Part shown: piece by piece, positions 1-13,327 of the stretch
How positions within the stretch are numbered: the stretch's first letter is position 1
How the letters are laid out: every line of letters begins with the position of its first letter
Assembly (NCBI GenBank): GCA_051294375.1
Contig: CM119264.1
Span: 30,355,656 to 30,419,655 of the forward strand
Direction of reading: 5' to 3'
Source: Paraspadella gotoi
Taxonomy: Eukaryota > Animalia > Chaetognatha
Length of the DNA stretch: 64,000 nucleotides
Program-made: the position numbers and the translations under genes
The notes under the pieces: model-generated
Database searches by the model: none
Seen by the model: the letters and a program-made list of their open reading frames with translations, nothing else
What the model was told of the DNA's origin: nothing

Positions 1-1540
1 AGATACAGTAAAACCTTTTCAGAACAAATTTGTATTTAATCCATACTAGGTATCCAGTTGTTTATCAAGATTTAAAAAAAAAGTAAATTCATTCATAAAG
101 TTCCTGGAATATAGCTCTACAAAGTGAGTCTGAAATAGAGAAAAGCCTTATTATCTCCTAAAGAATGATTTTTGACAACTGATATTGCTCGAAGAGGTTT
201 TCCGATGATAGTCACTTATTAATTAAAAAGCATTTATTATTTTTGTACGATGACTAACCTTATTCCGATAAAAAAAATTATTTCGATGATAGTGCGCGGT
301 AAAATAGCGAGAGAGAAAACTCCTCTGCCTCAAAAAATTCAAATGCCGACATTTAGTATTTTGCATCTCGGGTTGAATTTTTTTTGTTCTTATGTTTTGT
401 TTTTATGATTTTCTATAGAAACAAAAAAAAACAAAAAAAAAAAAAAACAGATTTCCTACTGAAACGCGATGGAAATATTTTTTTCCGCTTTATTCGAATT
501 GTTGAGATAGTACGTACTCAAACTAGATAGGACGTACTCAAGCTTGACAGTACGTACTCAAGCTAGATATGGATTCAATAACAATTACGTAACATGTATT
601 TCTGAACTACGTTCTAAAACATTATTATCAATTAATTTTTACTTTTCAAAATGGAGCTAAATTCAGATTCGATTCGTGCATTGGCTCTTTAATCTCATTT
701 GCATATAGCAGTGTCAAAAATGTTAATATTTTGAAAAATTATCCGCCTCCGGATTATAGAATAAAAATAATATTAATCATCGAATAATAATATTAATAAT
801 ATTAATCATATGAGTATAATTTTAAAAATAAAACATGTATTAATAACATTAAATTTACAAAAAAGTAAAAAAAAATTGACAGATAACGATAATTATAAAC
901 GGGAAAATGGTTTGATGTTAGGGTATTTCCAAGATAGAATATAATATAATACACTGGCAATTTTAATTCCATTATGATTTTTTTTATTTTATTTTTTGCT
1001 ATATTTTACTGATTGAACCGATTCAAATTTTTCTTGGACCAATCGATAGCTCTTTAAAAGAGCTATACTTTTCATATATTATTTCTCAAAATTAAAAAAG
1101 AAATAGTGGTGTATTTAAAGCTACCTAGTGTCTTCTTTTTTTTTGCGCCGCAGTGCATATATAATATGATATAATACGCTCAAATATAGGCAAAATAAAC
1201 TCTCAAAATAAAAAGCCTTTCATGTTTTTTCCCGCCAAAGTTATTGTTGTCGTTGTTTCCCTTCAAGTCTGTCTGTCCGTCTGTCTCTTTCGTCTCTCAG
1301 GGAAATAATGTTTAACTTCCTCTTCCTAAAAATATATTCGCGTCGTTGAGGGAGAAACGATTTTCAACAAAAAATGTAAAAAGTTTTTTTTTTTTTGCAG
1401 ATTCTTTAGCAAAAAAAAAAGGGAAAGATTATATCTTCTCTTTTTGCTCTAACGGGTTTTTCTTTCTTTTATTGTTACTAATCCTCTCATATTTTTCCAC
1501 CCTCTCACTCTCTCTCTCCCTCTCCCTCTTTCTTCCGTAG

Positions 1541-1836
1541 GCGAAGAGGAGTCTTCTTCAAACAATGATCACGTGACCAAAGAAGAGGAAGAGAGGGAGG
1601 AAGAGGAAGAAGAGGGAGGAAAGGGAGGAAGGGAGAAGGAAGGAAACGTAATCAGCACGGCTCCCGTCTGGGCGCCCCCGCAGGAGGGAAGAGGAGGAGG
1701 AGGAGGAAGAGGAGGAGGAGGAAGAGAGGGAGAAGGAGGAGGAAGGAAGGAGGGAACGAGGAAAGGAGAAAAGAGGAAGACAGAAGCGACGAGACTGCGT
1801 TGCACCATAAAGGCCAATCCTATGGTGGGCAAAGGG
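1541..1836 (+). CDS. Internal exon, probably of the single-pass membrane protein gene (Glu/Gly-rich linker then an Ig-like 'LRCTIKANP' segment)
   Basis: Polypyrimidine tract plus TAG acceptor (1538-1540), GTAAGT donor at 1837, open frame (phase 1 in, phase 0 out). LxCxxxANP resembles Ig-domain strands of nephrin/sidestep-type proteins (inference). Confidence 0.55.
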
Positions 1837-3186
1837 GTAAGTTTGGGTTCGGTCAATTTAGAGGGTAAGTGACGGAGTTGGGTTGGATGGAGACTAACCA
1901 ACTCTACAAATATCGGGCGCTATCTTCGAAACGCGCCACATTTTTGTTTCTAATCTCGGAACTCAATTTTAATCTTAACGAACAACTCTAATATTTTTTA
2001 AAATAATAAGTTTAATCGCTAATCGTAATCCCATACCCTAACCTACTTTATAGTTTCAATCCCATTTTCTCAACTCTAATTCCTGACCTTAATCGTTATC
2101 CTTTAACCATATCCCTAACTAAATCCGTATCCAAAATCCCTAACCAATTTTTTGGTTTTCGTTATTTTGATTATTTCATTTGTTATAATCGGATAAAATG
2201 ATCCGATTAAAAAAAATCTAGAATCGAAATAAAATAACTCAATTGTTCATAAACCGATATTCGAAGACAAACGCGACATTTCGCAGATATTCATATCTCG
2301 TTCAAATAAAAAGGTTTAATGTTTGAAATTAAAAAAAAACAAAAAAAACAACAAAAAAACAGCGCGATTTATTCCTGAATTTTAAATTAACGTCAATTCT
2401 CAAGTGAAATAATAATCTAAACCTTTTCGGTTATTTGTGTGTGATTGCATTCATTTGTTTATGACAAAGAAACAATCGTTTGAATTTACGTTTGAATAAA
2501 CGTTCATATTTAAATTCCTTTCCTTCCCTATCCGTCCAACCCTCATTCTTTCTCCCTCTACCCTCTTTGTTTTTNNNNNNNNNNNNNNNNNNNNNNNNNN
2601 NNNNNNNNNNNNNNNNNNNNNNNNNNNNNNNNNNNNNNNNNNNNNNNNNNNNNNNNNNNNNNNNNNNNNNNNNNNNNNNNNNNNNNNNNNNNNNNNNNNN
2701 NNNNNNNNNNNNNNNNNNNNNNNNNNNNNNNNNNNNNNNNNNNNNNNNNNNNNNNNNNNNNNNNNNNNNNNNNNNNNNNNNNNNNNNNNNNNNNNNNNNN
2801 NNNNNNNNNNNNNNNNNNNNNNNNNNNNNNNNNNNNNNNNNNNNNNNNNNNNNNNNNNNNNNNNNNNNNNNNNNNNNNNNNNNNNNNNNNNNNNNNNNNN
2901 NNNNNNNNNNNNNNNNNNNNNNNNNNNNNNNNNNNNNNNNNNNNNNNNNNNNNNNNNNNNNNNNNNNNNNNNNNNNNNNNNNNNNNNNNNNNNNNNNNNN
3001 NNNNNNNNNNNNNNNNNNNNNNNNNNNNNNNNNNNNNNNNNNNNNNNNNNNNNNNNNNNNNNNNNNNNNNNNNNNNNNNNNNNNNNNNNNNNNNNNNNNN
3101 NNNNNNNNNNNNNNNNNNNNNNNNNNNNNNNNNNNNNNNNNNNNNNNNNNNNNNNNNNNNNNNNNNNNNNNNNNNNNNNNNNNNNN

Positions 3187-3598
3187 CTCCGAATCTCGAG
3201 TCAACCTCGCCTCCCTTCCATCTCTCTCCAACGGCGTCGCCGATTCCATCGCCGCTCGAGCCGGCGCTCAAATCCAACCCGGCGCCGTCGACGCCGCGGA
3301 CGACGAAACGGCGCCGCTTTTCGTCGCGCGCGCCAGAGAGACGACGACGAAGCGAAAAACCATCGGACTTTTTCCCACTGACGACGACGACGACGACGAA
3401 AACGACGACGAAAACGACGCCGGAATCTTCATCCCGGGTTTGGCGCCGGCGTCGACCAAAGACCGGCGTCGGGAAGGGATCGTCGACGGGTTCCCGCAGC
3501 GGGTCGTCCTCGGTGGAAGCGACGTCTTCGCTCCGGCGACGCCCTTTGATCGAGACGTCGTCCTCAACATGAGGAAGAAGGTCGTCGTCACGTTGGAT
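3187..3598 (+). CDS. Gap-bounded coding fragment of unknown product (SESRVNLASL...VVVTLD)
   Basis: GC-rich island with an open + frame using the same C-ending codons (GTC, GAC, GCC, ATC) as the confirmed exons. Both boundaries are in N gaps, so frame and strand are not proven. Confidence 0.45.
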
Positions 3599-5029
3599 NN
3601 NNNNNNNNNNNNNNNNNNNNNNNNNNNNNNNNNNNNNNNNNNNNNNNNNNNNNNNNNNNNNNNNNNNNNNNNNNNNNNNNNNNNNNNNNNNNNNNNNNNN
3701 NNNNNNNNNNNNNNNNNNNNNNNNNNNNNNNNNNNNNNNNNNNNNNNNNNNNNNNNNNNNNNNNNNNNNNNNNNNNNNNNNNNNNNNNNNNNNNNTTTTT
3801 TTTAATATTTGCAAATTCAAGATCAAATCATTTTAAAACTCATGCTTGATATACTGTAGAAGATTTAAATTGACAAATTTAATATAACATAAATAATAGA
3901 GAAATATTTACCGTTTTAATCTAAAATATAGTTTTTTTTTGCCAATGCTTTTTCGCAGTCAGGCACAAAAGTGCATCGAATCAAATCGGATTAACTGTAA
4001 TTGTATGAACATTGTTGCGACCTGTCTCATGTCACTTTTACCACATGTCACATGACACTGTTGCCACATGTCTCCTCCTAAATCCGTCGAATTTTTTGTG
4101 GATCGAAAAATTTCGATTTGGGTCGNNNNNNNNNNNNNNNNNNNNNNNNNNNNNNNNNNNNNNNNNNNNNNNNNNNNNNNNNNNNNNNNNNNNNNNNNNN
4201 NNNNNNNNNNNNNNNNNNNNNNNNNNNNNNNNNNNNNNNNNNNNNNNNNNNNNNNNNNNNNNNNNNNNNNNNNNNNNNNNNNNNNNNNNNNNNNNNNNNN
4301 NNNNNNNNNNNNNNNNNNNNNNNNNNNNNNNNNNNNNNNNNNNNNNNNNNNNNNNNNNNNNNNNNNNNNNNNNNNNNNNNNNNNNNNNNNNNNNNNNNNN
4401 NNNNNNNNNNNNNNNNNNNNNNNNNNNNNNNNNNNNNNNNNNNNNNNNNNNNNNNNNNNNNNNNNNNNNNNNNNNNNNNNNNNNNNNNNNNNNNNNNNNN
4501 NNNNNNNNNNNNNNNNNNNNNNNNNNNNNNNNNNNNNNNNNNNNNNNNNNNNNNNNNNNNNNNNNNNNNNNNNNNNNNNNGCCTGACAGTCCGCCTGACC
4601 GCCCTTGCCTGACAGTCCGCCTGCCCGCTCAAAGGAGTGAAAGGAGTGACCTTATCACGCACTTACCCTCATGTTTTGTCATTAGGTAATTATTTTTCAT
4701 AAAAATTAAGAAAGAAGCTGATAAGAAAAGTATTAAGGGTGACAAAATTAAAATTATGGTTGTCTAATTGAAATTTTTTGCTAAATGTACATCTTTTTAT
4801 TTTTTTAAATAAATAAAATAACTTGACAGTTGCAATATACAATTCATTTAATAATATTGAACACGCTACTTATTTTCAACTTTATATTTAAAACAGCTCA
4901 ACGTTATTTTTAAAAATATGGAAGGCAATATTTTCCTTTAACTTAAATATCGAACCTTTTCTTCGCTGACCCGTCAAAGTAGAAATGGACCCTCCATTCC
5001 ATTTTCCATAAAAACATTTTTTTTCTCAT

Positions 5030-5079
<50 letters not shown>

Positions 5080-5276
5080 AAGCATTAATTGTCTTTATTA
5101 TTTTTCTTATTTCCATTTTCTATCATTTTTGTCCTTCAGTATTTTTTGCATTTTTTTCCTTTTTTTCTTTTTTTTCTTTTTAAGTTCGACCTTTTTGTCC
5201 TCAAGAGGTCGGGGCTATTTTCATCGCCTCATTCTAAAACATCTGAACTAATGGAGAGAGAGAGAGAGAGAAGAGA

Positions 5277-5307
<31 letters not shown>

Positions 5308-5616
5308 GAGAGAGACAGAGACGAGACAGAGCCACAAAAACCTTTCTCTTCACACTAACGTGAGAAAATTTTTTATTATTAATTAAAATGATAATGCAAT
5401 ATTCGCAATTTTTTAGCTAAGTGTCCTTAGAATTCATGTGGTTTTAAGCTAAAAAAAAAATTTGTGACATCGAATAAGTAAATGAAAAAAGGTGAAATAA
5501 ATGAATAAATGAAATATTTTTAATTTTGATTCATTCAAATTCAATCTTGAAATCAGAAACGACTTTTTTCTCTTTCAGTCAAACAATTTTTTTTATTTTT
5601 TAACTTTTCTTTGTAT

Positions 5617-5680
<64 letters not shown>

Positions 5681-6299
5681 TCTCTCTCTTTGAATAATAA
5701 AATTTTCTATAGAAAATTCGTTTCTCAATAAAGAATAGAAACGTGCGGAGGAAAACTACGACCGTGAAAAATTCTGTTCACAGCATAACGGCAGTTTTTA
5801 TAATATTTACAAAAAACAAATGCTAAAACAAACTATTCAATGTTAACAACTTATACAACAAATAGAATTTAACCCTAAAAAAGATAAACCTCTCACATCT
5901 ACTTATCACCACCGAATCTTCAACGAGCAAGAAAATTCCCTGGAGGAGGCGAAAAAATTGGATATCAGGGTCACGTGACTTCCCCCTGATTTCTCTCTCG
6001 TGTCGTCACTTTTGACGTTATTCCTCGCGACGTCACGACGTGTGACACTTGAGTCCCACGCAACTCGAGGCCCGTCGTTATATCATCGGACGGTTTTTTT
6101 ATTTTTATTTTTGGGAAAGGGTGGTGGCTGGATATGAGAATGTTAGAGCTTTATTTTCCGAAAGTATCCCATTTCTTTTTCAGATTTTCAGATTGAAAAC
6201 CCTATAAGTATTTGACCCTAATCTCTTATCTAATACTTAACTTAATCTTTAACCATTATACTTAATTATAAACGATTTCCTAACTATAATATCTAACCC

Positions 6300-6404
6300 T
6301 GATAAATCTAAATGCTGATGAAGATATGAACCCAAAGAGTCGAAACATGTCCGTCTATTAAAATAAATCATTGTCACAAATTCAAAAACACTTTGTTTTC
6401 TCTA
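6300..6404 (+). mobile_element. ~105-bp insertion with 12-bp TSD carrying a minimal type I hammerhead ribozyme (Penelope pLTR/retrozyme-like)
   Basis: AATATCTAACCC at 6288-6299 and 6405-6416. Core CTGATGA (6315-6321)-A-GAT..GTC-GAAA-CATG-TC, followed by AATAAA. Confidence 0.72.
6309..6357 (+). ncRNA. Minimal type I hammerhead ribozyme, predicted cleavage after GUC at 6351
   Basis: Intact core boxes, 3-bp stem II, palindromic ACAUGU stem III, stem I UAAAUG/CGUCUA (5 of 6 pairs, one of them G-U). Confidence 0.68.
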
Positions 6405-6671
6405 AATATCTAACCCGAATCCATAACCCTAATACTTAACAAAATCTTTAACTTAACCCTCAATAATAACCCTTAACCTAATCTTTTAAGAAATAAAGCT
6501 TTGAATTTAAATTGAAATGAGGCACTTTTGGGAAAATATGGCAACTTTAGGATGGGAAGTTTTTCATTTTTATTTTTGGTTTTTTTCTCCCCCCCTTCTC
6601 TCTCTCTCCCCCCCCCTCTCTCCCCTCTCCAAACCCCTACCACCCCTTCCCAACCCTACCTCCTTCCACAG

Positions 6672-6812
6672 CCCGCGACTCCCGCCCTCATCGATTGTCC
6701 CTCCGCGTCTGGGATCGAAACGGACGCCTCTTCACGCACAACGTTTCCATGACGACGAAGGATGATGAATTCTCACCGGAAATCAACCACGCGGCCGGCG
6801 TCGCCTCGTACG
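6672..6812 (+). CDS. Exon of the membrane protein gene (RDSRPHRLSLRVWDRNGRLFTHNVSMTTKDDEF...GVASY), possibly the end of an FN3-like domain
   Basis: C-rich tract plus CAG acceptor, GTGAGA donor, 141 nt, phase 1-1, in frame with the exon at 14207. Confidence 0.65.
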
Positions 6813-7524
6813 GTGAGACCTGATTGGTCGAGGAGGAATCCTCGCGAAGTCATAAACGATACTTTTAACGGTTTCATGGTTTTACTGGAAAATATGCCAC
6901 CGGAAGTGTTACTTATTTGATTTTAGTTCTTTAAATGTTCAAAAATAGACAGTGAATAGGCAGAATAATAGTTATGAATTAACCTTTGAGGTTTGCATCT
7001 GGCGAACGACTTGGTGGATTTGAATCCTTCATGATAATTTATGTATCTTCGTGCGAAAAGAAACATAATTATGTTAAAATTTTATACAGTTTTAACAAAG
7101 AATATAAAATTGAAATGGATTGAAAGAAAAGACTGACGTCATTGTCATATTATCGAAATTTTTTGGAACAACCATTTCAATGTTTGAACAGCACCATTTC
7201 ATTGATGGAAACTTGTTAATATCACTTGGGGGTTTGTCGTATATAAAGTAAATAAAGTAAAAAACTCACCAAATCCTTTTAACGTTTTTAGTATGAATGG
7301 TTTATCACAATTTTGCAAACAATTTTTCGCACTTTCTTTGTTTAGAAAAAAACCAAACTTTTTTGTTGAGTCGCAACGAATTTAGCGCCTGTCGCCTGAA
7401 GAGCGGACGACGTTTCCATCAAAATGGCCGCCTGTTGTTTCTCCGCCTGCATTTGTTATGATATGGAAATAATGTTGTTTTTTTTTCGCTTTTCCTAGAG
7501 AAAGTCTCATCGTCGACAGGTTAC

Positions 7525-7800
7525 GTCGTTATAGATGTCGGCCGCTCCTTTAGAGATGACGGTTTTTGTCGTTTTAGATGTCGGCCGATCCTTTAGAGAT
7601 GACGGTTTTTGTCGTTATAGATGTCGGCCGCTCCTTTAGAGATGACGGTTTTTGTCGTTATAGATGTCGGCCGCTCCTTTAGAGATGACGGTTTTTGTCG
7701 TTTTAGATGTCGGTTGAGAGATGAGTTTTTTCGCTTCAGATGTCGGACGGTCCTATAAAGATGATGGGTTTCGTCCCTGCCAGTCCTTTAAAGATAGGCA
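7525..7800. repeat. 43-bp minisatellite, about 4.5 clean copies plus a degenerate tail
   Basis: Unit GTCGTTATAGATGTCGGCCGCTCCTTTAGAGATGACGGTTTTT starts at 7525, 7568, 7611, 7654 and 7697. Confidence 0.9.
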
Positions 7801-8133
7801 GAGATCTTTAATTGCTTTTAAAGTTAAAAAGATCTTGATCATTAACAAAGACATTGGCAATTAAATACACCTGCAACTACTCTTTTTTAACAGTATGTAT
7901 ATTTCGGTTGCAACGTTGAATTAGTTCGATTTTATTTCTATATTTTTCAAAAATGTGTACTATAAAATGAATAAGAAGAATCGGCTTATTGAAATTTTCT
8001 TGGGGGTTTGCCAGTTTTGCCACAAAGGATGCCAGTTTGCCATCACTGACAAACTCTCTCAACGCTGTCTCGGTTCCGTCGTCTTAGACGCCAACCAATT
8101 TCTAATGCCACGCCCAAAACAAATTCACTCCCT

Positions 8134-8279
<146 letters not shown>

Positions 8280-8298
8280 TCTCTCTTCTCTCTCTCTC

Positions 8299-8340
<42 letters not shown>

Positions 8341-10059
8341 AACCCAGTTACCTAGTAACGTAACACAACACATGCGCAGACTAGCGGAGTCACAGTCGCA
8401 GAAAAACCAAAACAAAGAAATAATCATAAACAAAGTGAAAAAATAACAAAACCGAAAATGAAACCAAATAAAAATAAAATCCAAACAATAAATAAATCCA
8501 AAACAACACAGAAGAAGCGAAACAAACGCGACGATTTTAAAGAAGGCCTGATTTTTTTTCACAATCCTGCCTGCGCCCGCCTGTCCGCCCGCTCGCCGCC
8601 TTTCCACCACGCCGCTACAACGCCTCTTCGGCCGCCCGACCCGCCTCGCCGCCTGACCGCCCCTTCCGCCCGGCCTGATTAGGTTTATCAACATAACGAG
8701 ACGCGGAGAGAAAACTTAGAAGGAAAGATTCGACGATGAGAGTGAATTATCCATTTTTATTAGTCTGGGACATAGGGAAGGACAATGGGGAGGACATAGG
8801 AGGGAGTAAAGAAGGTTAGGAGGACAAAGTGGGGATAAGGGGGGGAAGAACAATGGGGTAACTGGGAAGGGCTAGGAGGAACAGGGAAGAACAAGGGAAG
8901 AACGGCTAAAGGATAGAGGAAGAACAAGAAGAACAAGAGGAGAACCAGGTAAGAGAGAGGAAGGACAAGGAAGAACAAAGAAATGCAAGGAAGGACAAGA
9001 AAACGCGCGGAAGATCTAGGAAGGATTGGGAATGGCGAGGAAGTACAAAGAAGGGCAAAAGGACAAAGGGGAAAAGGGTGCTAAGAATAAGGAAGAACAA
9101 AGCGCCTGAAGGCATCGATCGCTCGCGGTTTAAATAAGTTCTTTGCTTGAGTTTTTGGGCAACGATGTATGTATATTTCTTACCAAAGATAACTTGCTTA
9201 TGTGTTGAGTTGTATTTAATAAAATTTAAATTTTAAAACGAGGCTCAAACGCCAGACACTATCATCCTTGGACGAACTAGAAAAAAAAAACGTAGAAGAA
9301 AAACCCAAATGAAACAGCAAATGAAAATAATAAAAACAAAACAGCCAAACATTTATCGAAACAATCAACAAATAAAGAGAAAAACAAACAAAAAAAACAA
9401 ACAGAAAAACAATCAACAAAAAAAACAAGTGTTTCTTCTCTGGTCGAATTTCGAGTTGAACTTCATCTCACGATTTTCTTGCTGTGAAGATTTCGTCAAA
9501 TCAAACGCGGATTTCGAGTCCGCAAGAGAAATCCTGCGAGTACAAAGACCACAGTCTGTGTCTGGCACAGACCACACAGAAGGGCGTGGGAGCTCACAGG
9601 CCACAGCCCACGCCCCACTCGCCCCACAAGCGACATGTCAACTCCCTTTAAAATCCACAACCCACGGAAATCAGGAAATTTCCAGTGCACGGGGGCCCCC
9701 ACAGCTAAAAGACCACTTCCCCACTCAGATGTTCCCACTGTTCACAGCATACGCCTTACCCCCGCCCCCCCACACGGACGCGTCGTGGTGAAAAATAATG
9801 TCGCGTTTTCGCTTAATGAGATTCGAAACGAATTTAGTTGCAAAAAGTCATTACGAAATATATCGCAGGTGAATGGATAGCAATTTTATTTTTTAAGCTT
9901 TTTCAATTTGTATTAAGAATCAAGTTCTATTTTTTATGTTTTTAATTTTTGGTCCGCAAACTTTTTTCACTCGCTCTCTTCGGCAAGCTCAGGCAAGCAT
10001 TATTACAAGCTCTACAAGTAGTATAAGATTACGCCCATTCCCCCTGTGACGACATCAAG

Positions 10060-10702
10060 CTAATCTTTTTCTATTTTCTTTCTTTCTTTCTTTATTTTCT
10101 TTTTCCTTCTTTCCTTGATTTTATTTTTTTATTATTCTATTCCTTTTTTTTCCGTTTCTTTTCTACTTCTCTTTCCCTCTCTTTATTCCACCCTTTCCTT
10201 TCTCTTTCTCTTTTCCATTTTCATTTTCCCTTTTCCATTTCTATTTCCCTTTCACTTTCATATTTCTCTTTTCTCTATTCCTTCCATTTCCCTTTATCCT
10301 CCCTGATTCATTTTCCCTTTTCCATTTTCCCCTTTCCTTTTCCCTTTCCCTTTCCCTTTCCCTCTTCCATTTCCCTATCCCTTTTCCCTTTCACTCTTCC
10401 ATTTCCCTATCCCTTTTCCCTTTCACTCTTCCATTTCCCTGTCCCTTTTCCCTTTCCCTCTTCCATTTCCCTGTCCCTTTTCCATTTCCCTTTTCCCTTT
10501 TCCCTTTCTCCTCCCCGATTCCCTTTTTTTTCTCAAAACAATCTCGCGTCGGCGCTAATGTGCTACGTGTCCTAATCGTAGGCGAGGGGGACATTCGCCT
10601 CCGTCCTTCCCCCCTGCGGGTTCCGTCGCTCCGCAAATCTCATTTCTCTCTCTCTCTCTCTCTCCCTTCTTCTCTCTCTCTCTTCTCTCTCTCTCTCTCT
10701 CT

Positions 10703-10741
<39 letters not shown>

Positions 10742-11280
10742 CGCCACACAAAAAAAAAAGACATTAAAAGAATATTACGAGAAAAATCGCTCCCCTGTTT
10801 TTCTTTTTTCCGCATTTTTTTAAAAAATCTTTTTTAACTCGATTTTTTTTTCTATTTTCCATTTTTCGATTCTCTCAAAAGTCGTTTTTCTTTTTTTCCT
10901 TTCATTTTTCTTTTCCTTTCCTCCCTTTTTCTTTTCCTTTCATTTCTCTTTTCCTTTCCTGCCTTTTTCTTTTGCTTTCAATATTCTTTTTCTTTCCTCT
11001 CTTTTTTCTTTCCATTCATTTTTCTTTTTCTTTCCTTTCATTTTTCTTTTCCTTTCCTTTCATTTTTTTTTACTTTCCTCCGTTTTTTCTTTTCCTTTCA
11101 TTTTTATTTTCCTTTCCTCTATTTTTCTTTTTCTTTCCTCCCTTTTTTCTTTGCTTTCATTTTTCTTTTCCTTTTCTCCCTTTTGTGTTTCCTTTCCTCC
11201 ATTTTTCTTTCCCTTTCATTTTTCTTTTCCTTTCCTCCCTTTTTTCTTTCCTTTCCTCCCTTTTTTCTTTCCTTTCCTCC
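10060..11280. repeat. Long polypyrimidine low-complexity tracts ((TTTCCC)n, (CT)n, (CTTT)n)
   Basis: Directly visible; source of the Phe/Leu/Ser-rich ORFs. Confidence 0.85.
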
Positions 11281-11369
11281 GTCGGCTTCGATGTTGTCTT
11301 TTTTTCTTGTTCCGCATTAATTTCGCATCATTTCGTCTAATTCCCACCCGAAAAGCAGGGAACGCAGCT

Positions 11370-11435
<66 letters not shown>

Positions 11436-11744
11436 TCTCCTTCTTTTCCACATTTTGTACTATAGGAAAACAACTTTTAGGAATTTTTGAGCGAATGTTT
11501 TTACACCTTGGAAGACTGGCTGCTTCATATTTAATCCTTTAAATAAATATTTTATATAGAGACAACGACATCGGTTCTTCTAATGCGTTGCGCCGCAGTG
11601 ACTTCGCCCGTGCATTGGAATTTTGTCTTTTATTTTTTTTAGTTTTAGGATATCCTGAAGGCGACGCTAGCAGTCACTTAGATTTGAGGTCTGTCTTAAC
11701 AAATGAGCAACCAACTGTTGGCGAATTATGAGAATTTTTAATGT

Positions 11745-11836
11745 CAGTTGGACAGACTGGCGGACAGACATACAGATCGTCCGACCGAAAAGTGATTTAT
11801 CGAGTTGCTCCGCGAGTACTCGCGGCACAACTAAAC
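11745..11836 (+). mobile_element. DINE/HINE-like 3' end: (GAC[AGC])n microsatellite plus CCGCGAGTACTCGCGG palindrome
   Basis: The same palindrome recurs at 21775, 39785 and 58117. At 21745-21803 it is fused to the family's 5' sequence. Confidence 0.55.
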
Positions 11837-12462
11837 AGTTGACTTCTTTGTAAAAAGGGCAAGAACTTCACATTTTATTGCGATGTAAAACTTTCTTCGC
11901 TAAAATGCGGTTGTCTAATACTAAATTCATTTACGATGCCACATTTTAATTTAATTTATTGTTTACACTCATAGAAGCATTTTAAAATTTAATTATATTA
12001 AATTATCATTGTGTTTTGGCAAAACTTGAAAAAGATTTTTGGCTTTATCTTAAATTTACTTCCCCCATAGTTGCTCTGTGCTTTCAGTTTAAATATTTTG
12101 ATCTGTACCGAAAAAAGAAGGAAAAAAAAAGAAGAAAAGAAAAGAGAGGAAGAAAAAGAAAAGATGGATGAAAAATATCGCTTGGCAAATGAGAGATTTA
12201 TGGCACAATTTGAAGAGCCTTACAGTTCAGAAGGTGAAGAAGAAACAGAGAACAAGGACAAATTTAAAAATGAGGCGAAAAACAATGCTACAGAAACATC
12301 AGAAGAAGAAAAAGAGCTAAAAACAACAAGACAAGAAAACCCAGTGGAACAAGAAGAGGAACTACTTCCCATGGATGAAGTACTTTCCGAAATATTAACT
12401 TTTTGTAGGAAGACAACATCAAAGAATGTAATTATTCAAAATGAAAATGCCAATAAAAAAGA

Positions 12463-12499
12463 CCAGTCTCTTCGGAGGCGTGGGTTTGAATCCCACCAC
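12463..12499 (+). pseudogene. Isolated 3' half of a tRNA-Leu (variable arm and T arm)
   Basis: CCAGTCTCTTCGGAGGCGTGGGTTTGAATCCCACC matches metazoan tRNA-Leu apart from TTCGA>TTTGA. No D arm or anticodon seen upstream. Confidence 0.75.
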
Positions 12500-13327
12500 A
12501 TTTAAGGAAAAACTCATGGATTTCTAGGTCGAAATCAACTCGATTTTATTCTGAATAAATAAAGGTGACGGTGAGACGCACGCATGGGGTTTGAATCAAT
12601 TCTACTGAAACTAAGAGAGAACTAAAGCTATTTATAACGAAAGACAGGATCAGAGGCAAGAGTGATTTTGACAATTCCATCGTTCCTGCAAGCTGATTGG
12701 TCGGTTCCGTTTCCGTCTCGGCCAATCATCGTTTTGGATTTTGGTGAGATTGATCTCCTGCGATGCTATAACAACCGTCGTCAAAATCATTCATTCATTC
12801 TATAAATAAACTTTCTTGCTTTCCTTCTTTGGACATGCAATAATGGGCCTATTATAAGATAATAACATAGCTTTTTGTCAGTCAAGTTTGTCAACTCTCA
12901 ATGTGTCCAATAAAATTTTAAAGTATTTCTATAAAGTAATCAACTGAAACTACAATTGTAAAAAAGGGCCACTCTCTTTAGTATTATATCGGGGAATACT
13001 ACTATTTTCAATTCTCTGTTAACTAAAGTAACCGGTAACATGTCTCTTCCACATTGACTAAAAACGTCTGCTTTGTAACCAAAGATCATCAAGATATTAT
13101 ATTTTCGAGTTTGGGAGGTTTCTCGGTAAAAGTGCCAGGGGCAAAGGCTACATATATATATATTCATCTTTGTCTCAACTTCTTGCCCTTGTCCCCAAAT
13201 TCCAAACATCCATCCCGAGTCCACAGAGAGTCCCGCCTCGCTTTTTTTCCCTTATTTTGTAAAAGACGTCGATGTTTTGCTCTTTCCTTCTCTTTTCCTC
13301 GATTTCGACTTTCCGGACGCCATTTGC

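Larger units (their letters stand above)
6145..6545. mobile_element. Old MITE with degenerate (TAACCC)n interior, hosting the hammerhead insertion
   Basis: GCTTTATTTTCCGAAAGTATCCCATTTC pairs with GAAATGAGGCACTTTTGGGAAAATATGGC; TAACCC-like units inside. Confidence 0.5.

Noticed and set aside
2431-4689. Long ORFs full of X residues
   Set aside because: They run through N gaps; only 3187-3598 has coding-like composition.
7525-7740. Regularly spaced repeats as a CRISPR array
   Set aside because: Head-to-tail 43-bp units without unique spacers, eukaryotic context, no cas genes.
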